Positions 32,554 to 42,613 of a stretch of DNA of 64,000 nt are shown here, in pieces. This DNA comes from an uncultured Verrucomicrobiae bacterium (lineage in GTDB: Bacteria; Verrucomicrobiota; Verrucomicrobiia; Limisphaerales; JAFGQR01). Under the pieces are notes generated by a model. The model was not told the origin of the DNA and ran no database searches. It was given only the letters and a program-made list of their open reading frames with translations. The stretch spans positions 32,001 through 96,000 of the forward strand of contig CAWBHS010000076.1 of NCBI GenBank assembly GCA_963788655.1, given 5' to 3'. The stretch's first letter is position 1, and every line of letters starts with the position of its first letter. The translations under genes and the position numbers were made by a program.

Positions 32554-33315
32554 ATGGTAGCAGTGAAGATTGGATGTTGCGGATTCGCGGGTCGTCGAGA
32601 GAACTATTTCAAGAAGTATCCCGTAATTGAGGTGGAGCAGACTTTTTTCGATCCCCCGCGCGTGTTTACCGGTGAAAAGTGGCGGCGGGAAGCGCCGGAC
32701 GATTTTGAATTCACCGTGCGCGCCTGGCAGTTGATCACGCACGAACGCACCAGCCCCACGTACCGACGCATGCAGACGCGGATGAACCCCAAAGAATTGG
32801 AGGGCGCCGGCCATTTCCAATCGACTCCCGTCGTCTGGCAAGCTTGGCAGCGGACGCACGAAATTGCCACCGCGCTCCGGGCGCGCACCATTTTGTTTCA
32901 TTGCCCGGACACCTTCGCGCCCGACGCCGAGAACCAAGACCGCCTGCGCCGGTTTTTTGAACGGGTGCGCCAAGAGACTCAAGCCGGGGAATTCAATTAC
33001 GCCTGGGAACCGCCGGGGACGTGGCCGGACGAGGACGTGGCCGAGCTTTCTGGCGAACTGGGCCTGGTGCATGCCGTGGATCCGTTTGCGACGGACTGCT
33101 TGACGAGCGGCAAATGTTACTTCCGGCTGCACGGCATCAAAGGCTATCGCCACCACCACACCGAAGAGGAATTGCAGCGCCTGATCAAGCTGCTTGGCCG
33201 CTTCGAAGGGGGCTATTGCCTGTTCCACAACCTCCACATGCGGGAAGACGCCTCCCGCCTGACTTGGATGTTGCAGTCGTCCCAGGAAACAGCCGCAGAG
33301 CAAAGCGCCGCCTGA
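32554..33315 (+). CDS. DUF72 (UPF0759) family protein
   Basis: IGCCGF, IEVEQTFF, QLITH, YFRLHG, LFHN. Confidence 0.9.
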   Translation: MVAVKIGCCGFAGRRENYFKKYPVIEVEQTFFDPPRVFTGEKWRREAPDDFEFTVRAWQLITHERTSPTYRRMQTRMNPKELEGAGHFQSTPVVWQAWQRTHEIATALRARTILFHCPDTFAPDAENQDRLRRFFERVRQETQAGEFNYAWEPPGTWPDEDVAELSGELGLVHAVDPFATDCLTSGKCYFRLHGIKGYRHHHTEEELQRLIKLLGRFEGGYCLFHNLHMREDASRLTWMLQSSQETAAEQSAA

Positions 33316-33391
33316 CCGCACCGTGGTTCTACCCGCCTTGACGCACAATGCGGGGTTGCCAAATCTCCCTTCCCCATTTACATGTTCGCTT

Positions 33392-33832
33392 ATGAAACTG
33401 ATAACACTGGCTATCGCTGGAACCGCTGCAATCCTCTGGGCGGGCACCGGATTGGCGGCGGCTGGCACGGTAGTGACTACGAAATCCGCCACCAACGTCG
33501 CCGTTGAAAAGACGACGATCACCCACGCCGATGCCGCCGCCGCCGCCAAACTGGTGGCGGCGAAATCCCTCGTGGTGCTCGATCTTCGCACGCCGAAGGA
33601 ATTCGGCGGCGGACACGTGCCCGGAGCGGTCAACCTGGATTGCCTTTCACCCGATTTTGGCAAGCAGCTCGACGCATTGGACAAATCCGAAAAATACCTG
33701 GTTTATTGCGCGTCCGGCCGACGCAGCACCCATTCGCTGCCGCAGTTTCAAAAACGGCGATTCGAATCGCTCGTCCATTTGGATGGCGGGATTGCCGCCT
33801 GGAAACGGGCCGGGGAGCCGCTGGAAAAGTAA
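33392..33832 (+). CDS. Exported rhodanese-domain protein
   Basis: Signal peptide; LDLRTPKEF.GGHVPGA; YCASGRRS. Confidence 0.9.
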   Translation: MKLITLAIAGTAAILWAGTGLAAAGTVVTTKSATNVAVEKTTITHADAAAAAKLVAAKSLVVLDLRTPKEFGGGHVPGAVNLDCLSPDFGKQLDALDKSEKYLVYCASGRRSTHSLPQFQKRRFESLVHLDGGIAAWKRAGEPLEK

Positions 33833-33860
33833 CTTCCCAACGTTGGTCTAAAGTTCTCCT

Positions 33861-34313
33861 GTGCCCATTTTCTACGAATGTCAACGTTGCACCGCCTGTT
33901 GCCGCTGGCCCGGGCAAACTCGGGTGACCGACGCCGAAATCACCCGCCTGGCCAACTTCCTCGAGCTGGGTGAAGACGAGTTCATTCAACGCTACACCCG
34001 GCTCGCCCTGGACCGGCGCGGGCTCGCCCTGGCGGAGAAACTGACCGGGGAGTGCATCTTTCTCGAAGACCAGGCGTGCGCCGTGCATTCGGTCAAACCG
34101 CGAATGTGCCAGGGCTTCCCGAATTTGTGGAACCTCCCCGGTTGGCAGAAGGTCTGTCAGGCGGTGCCCCGATCGGTCACTGCGGAAGATTACGAACGGC
34201 TGACCGGCGGCCTTCGTGATCACCCCCACGCGGACGCCGGATTGCCTGAAGCAGAAAGAAAGGATTGCCACCTGCCGGACGAGCCCGGCAGTATGCTGGA
34301 ATCTGCTACATGA
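33861..34313 (+). CDS. YkgJ-family cysteine-cluster (CxxCxxCC) protein
   Basis: CQRCTACC; CIFL...CAVH..KP.MC..FP. Confidence 0.88.
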   Translation: MPIFYECQRCTACCRWPGQTRVTDAEITRLANFLELGEDEFIQRYTRLALDRRGLALAEKLTGECIFLEDQACAVHSVKPRMCQGFPNLWNLPGWQKVCQAVPRSVTAEDYERLTGGLRDHPHADAGLPEAERKDCHLPDEPGSMLESAT

Positions 34314-35491
34314 TGAATACCGCCATTTCAGATGCGCGCCCCATCGCGCCCGCAACCACCGCCGCGCCCCCGCCGGAAACACTACCGCCCGTGCGCCCAC
34401 CGCGCACGGGTTGGTTCAAGCTGCTTGGAGAAGTGCTGGAGCATGGCGGTCCGGGTTATCTCCAATTTGCTATTACCAATATCTGCAACGCCAAGTGCGA
34501 TTTCTGCGGCTTCGCGGTGGACAAGTTTGATCCCAAAAAGCGCCGCAGCGTTACGCTGCCGGAAGCGCGGGACGTGATCGATATTTGCGTGCGCAATCAC
34601 ATTGGGTACCTGCTGTTCGTCGGCGGCGAACCGTTGGCGCACCGCGAGTTGCCGGCCATGGTCCGCTACGCCGCCGAGCAGGGTATGCGCCCGATGATCT
34701 GCACCAACGGCTCGCTCTGGACGGAAGCCAACATGCGGGAACACGCTCGCAACGGCTTGACCAATGTCATCATGTCCATCGATGCCCACGACGTTGCCCG
34801 GCATGAAACGAACCGCGGCTTGCCGGAGGTCTGCCGCAAAATCAAGCGGGCCAACGAGGTGTTCACCGAACTCGGGGTGCAGACCACCGCCAGCATCACT
34901 GCCAGCCGGCTGATCGATGATTACGACAAGCTCCCGTCGTTCCTTCGCGAACTGGGTTTTACCAACTGCACGTTCAGTTACCCATTAACCACCCTGGGTT
35001 CGAGCTACCTCAGTTTCAGCGACTCCGACCTCGTCAACTATCGTCCGGAGGAACTGATCCAGGTGTTCGAGAAAATCAAAGCGATGAAACGCCGCAGCGG
35101 TTTTCCGGTGGTCAATCCGTCGGAATCACTCTCCGAAATGCAGCGGCATCTGCGCCAGGAACCCGAGCATTTCGGTTGCCTGGGCGGCCACAAATATTTC
35201 TACCTCGATTGGAACCTGGATTTGTACCGCTGCCACTTCTGGGAGACGCCGATGTGCAACATCTACGAGTTCGATCAGTCCAAGTTGATTCGCGACGGTT
35301 GCACGCGTTGCATGATCGACTGCTACCGCGATCCGAGCGTCCTCCAATTGGTGGCCGTCAACGCCAGCGACGCCTGGCACAATCTCAAACGGGGCAAATT
35401 GCTGGCGGCGGCCCGCCATATTTTTGACCGCCGCAACCTGACATCGCTCAAGGCGGTCTGGGAAGATCGCCAGTACATCGGCAAGGTGTGA
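34310..35491 (+). CDS. Radical SAM protein with Cys-rich SPASM/twitch-like C-terminus
   Basis: CNAKCDFC; GGEP; CLGG...RC...C...CTRCMIDC. Confidence 0.92.
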   Translation: MMNTAISDARPIAPATTAAPPPETLPPVRPPRTGWFKLLGEVLEHGGPGYLQFAITNICNAKCDFCGFAVDKFDPKKRRSVTLPEARDVIDICVRNHIGYLLFVGGEPLAHRELPAMVRYAAEQGMRPMICTNGSLWTEANMREHARNGLTNVIMSIDAHDVARHETNRGLPEVCRKIKRANEVFTELGVQTTASITASRLIDDYDKLPSFLRELGFTNCTFSYPLTTLGSSYLSFSDSDLVNYRPEELIQVFEKIKAMKRRSGFPVVNPSESLSEMQRHLRQEPEHFGCLGGHKYFYLDWNLDLYRCHFWETPMCNIYEFDQSKLIRDGCTRCMIDCYRDPSVLQLVAVNASDAWHNLKRGKLLAAARHIFDRRNLTSLKAVWEDRQYIGKV

Positions 35492-35814
35492 TCCTGGCAC
35501 AGCGCGGCACCCCCGCCGCCCGTGGCCAGCCCTGCCTTGTCCACCATCATTCGCCGGCCCAACGCCGTGACTAACACTACAGCGACACTTTCACAGATAG
35601 GCGCGCGGCCTTGAGGCCGCTTCAAGCACCCAAGGCCAACCAGCGGCTTGTGGGATAGGACGGTGAAGCGGCGTAAACGCCGCGCTCCTGCCGCGATTTG
35701 CCGGAACTGTCGCTGTAGTGCTAACTGCGCCGACAAGCAGGCTGCGCCCATTTCTGGCCGTTTTGGCCTTTCTTCGCTCTCGGATTTCGAACTGCGGATT
35801 TCCTCAAATCCCGC

Positions 35815-36933
35815 TTACTTGAGGTGCTCCGGATTCAACGGCTGCAAATCTTTCGGCAGGAACATGCCGTTCTTGCGGATCAGTTCGCCGTCGAACCAGA
35901 CTTCGCCGCCGCCCCATTCCTGGCGCTGGATCAGCACCATGTCCCAGTGCACCGCGGAGCGATTGCCGTTGTCGCAGTCCTCGTAGGCCTGGCCGGGCGT
36001 GAAGTGCAGCGAGCCGGCGATCTTCTCGTCGAACAGGATGTCGCACATCGGATTCAGGATGTAGGGATTGAACCCGAGCGAGAATTCGCCGACGTAACGC
36101 GCGCCCGGCGTCCGTGTCCAGAATCTCATTCAGCCGTTTCGTGTTGTTGCCCGTGGCTTTGACGACTTTGCCGTCTTTGAATTCCAGCCGGACGTTTTCA
36201 AACTTCGTCCCGGCATAAATGCGTCGGCGTGTTGAACTGGATCACGCCGTTCACGGAATTTTTCACCGGGCAGCGAGAACACCTCGCCGTCGGGAATGTT
36301 GCGGTCGCCCTGGCACATCTTGCGCGCCAATGCCCTTGATGCTGAAGGTGAGATCGGTGCCGGGCGCTTTGAGGTGGACGCGGTCGGCCTTCTTCATCCG
36401 TCGTTCCAGCGGCACCATCGCCCTGGCCATCTTCGCGGATAATCCATCGTGCAGACGTCGAAATAGAGATTCTCGAACGCCTCGGTGCTCATGCCGGCGC
36501 GCCTGGGCCATGCTGGGCGTGGGCCAGCGCAGCACGCACCAGCGGGTTTTGTTGACGCGATAGTTCAGCACCGGCCGCATGATGCGCGAGTACAGCGACA
36601 TCCGGTCGCTGGGCACATCGGAATTCTCGTTGGTGTTGGCGCTGCCGCGGATGGCGATGTAGGCCTGCACCTTCTTCATGCGCAACAGTTCCAGGTCGCG
36701 GACCAGCGCGGCGTGGCGTTCGTTGGTGCCGCGCAGCAGTTCCCGGGTGACGCGGGTGTGCCGGACTTCGACCAGCGGCGTGCCGCCGACGCGGCGCGCA
36801 CCGCGCGCATCAGTTCGATGGCGAACTCGTCCGGCACGTCAATCATGTCGAGCAGGGCGGGGTCGCCCTTCTTGATCTCGGTGGAATAATTGACGAGCAA
36901 CTTGGCCAGTTTGGTGTAACGCGGATCGGTCAT
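35815..36933 (-). CDS. M29 aminopeptidase (AmpS/AmpT-like); multiple frameshifts
   Basis: [56 protein letters not shown] spread over several frames. Confidence 0.88.
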
Positions 36934-37240
36934 AATTCAGGACCACGACCGTAACCACGGCCCTGGATTTGTCGAGTGGTTTTGTGGGACAACTCCGAGC
37001 CGCACCAGAATCGGCGCCACAGGGAAGAACGCCGAAAACCTCCGCGTTGCGGGTTTCCACAAACCGGACTTGCCGAGCTTTTTCCTGGCCGCCGGGTTTG
37101 CCCGCGGCTTGCCCGCAAACTTCGGGCTGAGTGAGCGTGGACCAACTTCTGGGGCGACAGGCTCAGCTTGCCGGCCGCCGGAGATCGTTGAAATCGCCTT
37201 CGCAGCCCAGGTTGCCCGCACCGTGGCACCGTCCAGTAAT

Positions 37241-37828
37241 TCAAATCGCCTCTGGTTTGCCTGGCGGATCGGAAGCCTGGGTTTGGATTTCGCACAGCAA
37301 CCAGGCGCGGGCATACGCCCACCACCGCTTGGCTGTCGCTTCGGAAATTTTGAGCACCTGGGCGGCCTCTTCAACTGATAAGCCCACGAAGAAACGCAGT
37401 TTGACCAGTTGCGCTTTTTCCGGATATTCGGCGGCAAACTGGCTCAAGGCTTCATCAATGGCGAGCAGTTGATCATCGGACGCGGGCGCGGCAATTTCGA
37501 GTTCCTGAACGTCCAGCCGCGGTTGGCCGGCGCCGTGACGCCGGGCTTGTTTGCGGCGGGCATGCTCGATGAGAATCCGGCGCATGGCTTCGGCCGCCGC
37601 CCCAAAGAAGTGGGCGCGGCTGTCCCATTGCTGGCACGGATTCTTCGCGACGCGCAGCCACGCCTCGTGCACCAGGGCGGTCGGCTGGAGGGTTTGCCCG
37701 GGCGACTCATGCGCCATCTTGCTGGCCGCCAGCTTGCGCAATTCCTCGTACACCAGCGGCAAGAGTTCATCGGCGGCCCGGGCATCGCCTTGCTCGATGG
37801 CTTGCAGGATTTGGGTGACGTCACTCAC
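37241..37828 (-). CDS. ECF sigma factor (TIGR02999/ECF43-like)
   Basis: LLPLVYEELRKLA, QTLQPTALVHEAWLR, AEAMRRIL, VKLRFF.GL, W.YARAWL. Confidence 0.93.
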   Translation of the reverse strand: MSDVTQILQAIEQGDARAADELLPLVYEELRKLAASKMAHESPGQTLQPTALVHEAWLRVAKNPCQQWDSRAHFFGAAAEAMRRILIEHARRKQARRHGAGQPRLDVQELEIAAPASDDQLLAIDEALSQFAAEYPEKAQLVKLRFFVGLSVEEAAQVLKISEATAKRWWAYARAWLLCEIQTQASDPPGKPEAI

Positions 37829-39968
37829 TTCGCTCCGGGGTTGGGGTCGGTCCCCAGGAGTGTCCGGGCTTCGTTCAGGAGCATTTCAGCGCTGCGCCGG
37901 TCGTTCCAGTTGGCACCGAAGCGGTCGGTGGCCTTGGCTTCGAAGGCGGTCGCTTGAGCCAAGGTCGTGCGAGCTGCCTCCGGTTGGTTGAGTTGATATT
38001 GAGTCATTGCCAGCACGGCATCCACCTGCAGCGTTAGTGCGGGATCGCCGGACTGACCGGCGGCCGCTTGCAACCAGTTGACGGCGCTGGCGAAATGGCC
38101 CTGGCGATATTCGGCAAAGCCCTTGACGAATTTCATCCAGCCGTTGGGGGTGGGATCCTTGACGGCGGTCTCCGCCATTTTAGCAAGGATTGGCAACTGG
38201 CTCGCCGCCGGAGCCAGGAGCAGACAATCCCGCCCAATCCGCTCGGCAGTGGTCGGATCGGACGTGCCGCCAAAGCAGCGCAGCATCTTCTCCCGATGTT
38301 GCTGATAGGCGCCCAAGTTTCCCATCGCCACCAGCACGGGCGACAGCAGGTGATAAGCATAGTGATTGGTGGGGTCCGCCTGGATGGCGCGCGTGTAGTT
38401 CGTAAGCGCCGGCGGCCACTCGCCGCGATAGGCGTGGAGATCGCCAATCATATTGAAAACGGCCGCTGCTTGACGGACCACCGGGGGCACGTGATCCATC
38501 AATTCTTCGGCTTGCGCAAACTCGCCCCGGCTCAGGAAGTAACCGGCAGCCGCGAGCTTGTCGGCCACGTCCGAAATGGTGCGCATCTCCTTTTCCAGGG
38601 CCCAACCCTTCTCGGCTTGCAGCCAGAGATGCAGCGAAACCACCAGTCCGAGCACCAGCGCGGCGACCACCGCGCCCGCCGCGATGAACACCGTCTTGTT
38701 CCGGCGCACCAGTTTGTGGAACCGGTAGAGATTGCTGGGTGGACGGGCTTCGACCGCGTCGTTCTGCAAGAACCGTTGCACATCCCGGGCCAGGGCGTTG
38801 GCGGTTTCATAACGGCGCGTGCGATCCTTTTCCAGCGACTTCATCACGATCCAATCCAAGTCCCCGCGGACGAAATGGACGAGTTTGGGGGCTTCGGCGC
38901 TGTGCCGCTTGGCGACCGAAGTCAGATCGGCGGCCAACATCGTGCTCAAGCGGGTCGAGGGACGCACGGGTTCCTGTTCGCGGATGGTGCGGCGCATCTG
39001 GTCGAGGCCGGACTGCATGCAGTTCCTGCGGATCAAACGGCGTGCGGCTCGTGAGCAACTCGTAGAGCATTACGCCCAAACTGTAGATGTCACTGCGCGT
39101 GTCCACGTCCAGTCCGCTCATCTCCGCCTGCTCGGGACTCATGTAAGCGGGCGTGCCAATGAACTGGTGCAGTTCGGTGTAAACCGTGAGTTCGGTCAGG
39201 CGGCCTTCCATGGATTTGGCAATCCCGAAGTCGATCACCTTCGGCACGGGCACGCCGTCGTGCAGGGTCACCAGAATGTTGGAGGGTTTGATGTCCCGAT
39301 GGATCACGCCTTTTTGATGCGCATGTTGAATGGCATGGCAGACCTGCATGAACAATTCCAGGCGTTCCTGGGTGCTCGAGATTGTTTTGGTCGCAATACT
39401 CGGTGATGCGAATGCCGCGCACCAATTCCATGACGAAATAGGGCCGGCCGGTCACCGTGGCGCCGGCATCCAGCACCTTGGCGATGTTCGGGTGGTCCAT
39501 CATGGCCAGCGCCTGGCGCTCGGCTTCGAAGCGGGCAATGACACTTTGGTGTCCATGCCCAGCTTGATGATCTTCAGGGCCACCCGCCGGCGCACCGGTT
39601 CGGTTCTGCTCGGCCATATACACCGTCCCGCAGCCGCCTTCCCCGAGTTTCTCCCGGATCTTGTAGCGGCCAATGATGTCGCCGGGTTTTTCGGTCACCG
39701 GCACGGACACGACCAGGGTTTCTTGAGCGGGACTGGGGGAAGCCGCCGGCAGGGGCGGCTCGAGGAATTCTCCGGCTCCGGCAAAAGCCTGGAGCAAGGC
39801 CGCCACCCGTTGGCGCAGCGGGCCATCGTGGCCGCAGGCTTGCGCGAGGTAATTGGCCCGTTGGTCGGGGGGCAACGCCAGGGCCGCCGCGAACAGGGCT
39901 TCCTCGCGACCCAACTCAGGTTGGATTGGCCCCGCGGTATTGGAGTTGCCCGTCATGGACCGGAACAT
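37825..39968 (-). CDS. Membrane Ser/Thr protein kinase with C-terminal TPR region; several frameshifts
   Basis: [33 protein letters not shown] helix; TPR-like helices. Confidence 0.92.
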
Positions 39969-40252
39969 AGTCAGAATTCTTTCGGGGGGAAGGTTTTTGT
40001 GGGGGCTGCGATTTCAGCGGAATCGCCCGCCGGAAATCCGGAATAAGCCCGAAGTCCGAAAGGCCGAAACCAAAGCGGCTCTCCCAAACCGCCCGCCGGC
40101 CCTCTCCGCGTCTGGCGGCTCGGCACCGCAGGCATGTCCACTACCTGCGCCCGATGGGCCGCCGCACGACGTGAAGCGCTTTTCGGATTTTGGATTTGGG
40201 CCATTCGGATTTCTTTCGGATTTCGGATTTCGAGCTTCGGATTTGCCGCCTG

Positions 40253-41095
40253 TTAACGTCCGTTGGTGTCCGATGCCACAGCCAGTTTTTGCTGCAAGCC
40301 GTCGTCGCTGGGGAATAGGCCCGCCCCCCGTTCCCACACCAGGTGCGCGTAGTCGGCGTAACCGGCCTTCAGATACTGGTCGCCCAGCAAGACGTAGCTG
40401 TCGGCAAAGTGCGGTTGCGGTGGCTGGACTTCCTGTTGCTCGATCAACGTCCGAAAATGTTCGATGACCTCCGGGCCTTTGTTCATGCTTTCGGGCCAAT
40501 AGGACAAGGCGACGGCTTTGGTAAACCTCGCTTCCCAGTTGGCGGGATCCAGGTTCAACGCCAGGTCCAGGACCTTGTCGGCTTGCATCGCGAGGATGGC
40601 CTGTTCCCGCATGTCCTGGAGGGTGGCGCACTTTTGGAAATACGCCTGGCCCAGGGCGGCAGGATAGACGGCGGCTTGGGGATCGGCGGCCATCCGCTGT
40701 TCGAGTTCGTGGATGGCCGGGTCGAGTCGGCCTTGATCCCGCAATTGTTTCCAGGCCCCTTGCTTCTGGCCGTAGCCGATTTGCGGCGAAACCAGAATCT
40801 CGATGGCTTGGTTGACCAAGGCCTCATCCACCCGGGCGTCGGTCGAAGCCGGGCTCGGTTCGCTCTCCTGCTCGACCGGCATTGGGGCTGGCAGGGATGG
40901 GCGTGGGGCGGACGGTGGCTCGGCCGCCATGATGGGTTCAGATTCCAAGGGATCTTCCCTGACTGGAGCCGGGGCGTTAACGGCTGCCGCCACGGGTGCA
41001 TCCGGAATATCCGTCAACGCTCGTGACCGGTTGAGGTAACAGAAAACGCCCACCAAGATGCTCAGGCCGGAAATTGCCAAGACTAAGTTTTTCAT
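40253..41095 (-). CDS. Membrane-anchored TPR protein
   Basis: N-terminal anchor, Pro-rich linker, helical repeats (ALNLDPANWEA; YVLLGDQY). Confidence 0.75.
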   Translation of the reverse strand: MKNLVLAISGLSILVGVFCYLNRSRALTDIPDAPVAAAVNAPAPVREDPLESEPIMAAEPPSAPRPSLPAPMPVEQESEPSPASTDARVDEALVNQAIEILVSPQIGYGQKQGAWKQLRDQGRLDPAIHELEQRMAADPQAAVYPAALGQAYFQKCATLQDMREQAILAMQADKVLDLALNLDPANWEARFTKAVALSYWPESMNKGPEVIEHFRTLIEQQEVQPPQPHFADSYVLLGDQYLKAGYADYAHLVWERGAGLFPSDDGLQQKLAVASDTNGR

Positions 41096-41154
41096 ATTGT
41101 CGTAATGTTGTGCCTCGCCGCTCGCACTATTCGGCGGCGTTCATATATCCGACA

Positions 41155-41797
41155 ATGCGAAATCCGGGAGCAAAAGGGCTCACCCGCCAGGTGGATGAAT
41201 TGAAGCAGCGCTTCAACGGCATTGATCCCGAGGAAGTCCGGAGGATCGTGGAGGAACAGCGCAAGCTGGAGGAAGAACAGCAACTAAAGGCCGGGGAATA
41301 CAGGAAGGTTCTGGAGACCCGGCTCAAAGCCGTGAAGCCCGACCCGGGAAAACAACTTGAAGAGGTTTCGAGGGAACGAGACTCCCTGAATGTTCGCCTG
41401 GCTTCCATCCAGATCGACCAGGCCGTGGTGACTGAAGCGACCAAGCGCGGGCTGCGGGCGTCCGCATTGCCCGACATCACGGCGCGAGCGCGAAACACTT
41501 TCCGCCTGGTGACCGGGGTGCTCCAGGCATTCGAAGGCGATGGCCAGACGGTCCGCATGGGCAAAGATGGCCTCACGCCTTTGACATTGGCGGAGTGGAT
41601 TGATCTTCAGGTCAGTGAGGCTCCGCATCTGTTCGAATCCAACGCTGGTGGCGGTACCGCCAACAACCCCTCCGGGTGGAGCTGGCCAACGGTCCGTGAA
41701 GAATCTCTGGAAACGCGATACCTGGAACCTCACGGAGCAAAGGCGGCGGATGAAGAGTGACCTGCCATTGGCGGCACGACTCAATGCAGCCGGCTAA
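41155..41797 (+). pseudogene. Truncated, frameshifted phage capsid scaffold-like gene
   Basis: Coiled coil (GIDPEEV...AGE), EWI...APHLF..NAGGG, and C-terminal KN.W....WNLTEQ...AARL..AG in another frame. Confidence 0.6.
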
Positions 41798-41929
41798 GAG
41801 CCTGTTTTAAAACTCCAACCGGTTTGTAGCAGCCGACGTGAGGAAGCTCATTGTTCTTCGGAAAACCGTACCACGCCCGAAATGAATGAGCCTCCTTACG
41901 TCGGCTGCTACCATTTTTCAAACAGGCGC
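41798..41929 (+). mobile_element. 132-bp MITE with internal REP hairpin, copy 3
   Basis: Ends GAGCCTGTTTTAAAA / TTTTCAAACAGGCGC; TAA on both flanks. Confidence 0.9.
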
Positions 41930-42166
41930 TAAGTATTGAACAACCCCGAATGGACGCCGACGACGACGGTCCGGTCGGGAATGAACCGGTGTCGTCGGGT
42001 GTCGTGTATGCATCGGCCATGCCGCCGGGCTTCGCCAACGAGCATGCCGCCAGCTTCAATGGCCGTTCCTCGCAAATCCGCTTGAAGGAAGCGAGTTACC
42101 CCTTCGGTCGGGAAGGTTCTTGGAACGGATTATTCGAAACGCTGAAGCGGCAACGAATGTTGACGA

Positions 42167-42292
42167 TTAGCGCCCTTTGCTGGGAACTCGTTTGGCGGCC
42201 AAGTCCTGCCTTTTCTTCTCGTTCGCGCTGGTGGCCTTGGCCTGCTTCTGCGATGACTTTTTCTGGTTGGCTTTCGGTGATTTGTCGCCCAT
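42167..42292 (-). CDS. 41-aa Lys-rich small protein
   Basis: MGDKSPKANQKKSSQKQAK...; strongly biased basic composition. Confidence 0.55.
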   Translation of the reverse strand: MGDKSPKANQKKSSQKQAKATSANEKKRQDLAAKRVPSKGR

Positions 42293-42613
42293 AAGTTTGA
42301 TCCTGTTCGGTACGTTTGCTTTCCGGCGGCATGTCAGTTTCTCCGCCAGGAGGCCCATCATGCCTCGCTGGAGCAGTCATTGTAAACTGTTTGTCGGAAT
42401 CCTTTCCTTCAATATGTTCCGCACGTCCGAATACGGTTTGGTTACGAATCCCGCCCAGGCGAAACGCCCCGGGTCCAGAGTCGTTCGGATTATGGCCTTC
42501 AATCTGAGGTTTTTTCGGGAGCGCCTGGGTGGTTTTTGGGGGGGAAATCGTTGGCTCGTTAATCCTTGCCGGAAGCACGGTCCTCGATTGTAATTGGTAT
42601 CACTGAAACAACC

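Noticed and set aside
40014..40250. TTCGGAT-like degenerate heptamers (similar tracts near 23490, 27170-27310, 35780)
   Set aside because: Short low-complexity intergenic repeats with no further supportable structure
41074..42300. Intact prophage
   Set aside because: Only one phage-like fragment; no integrase, other structural genes or att repeats seen
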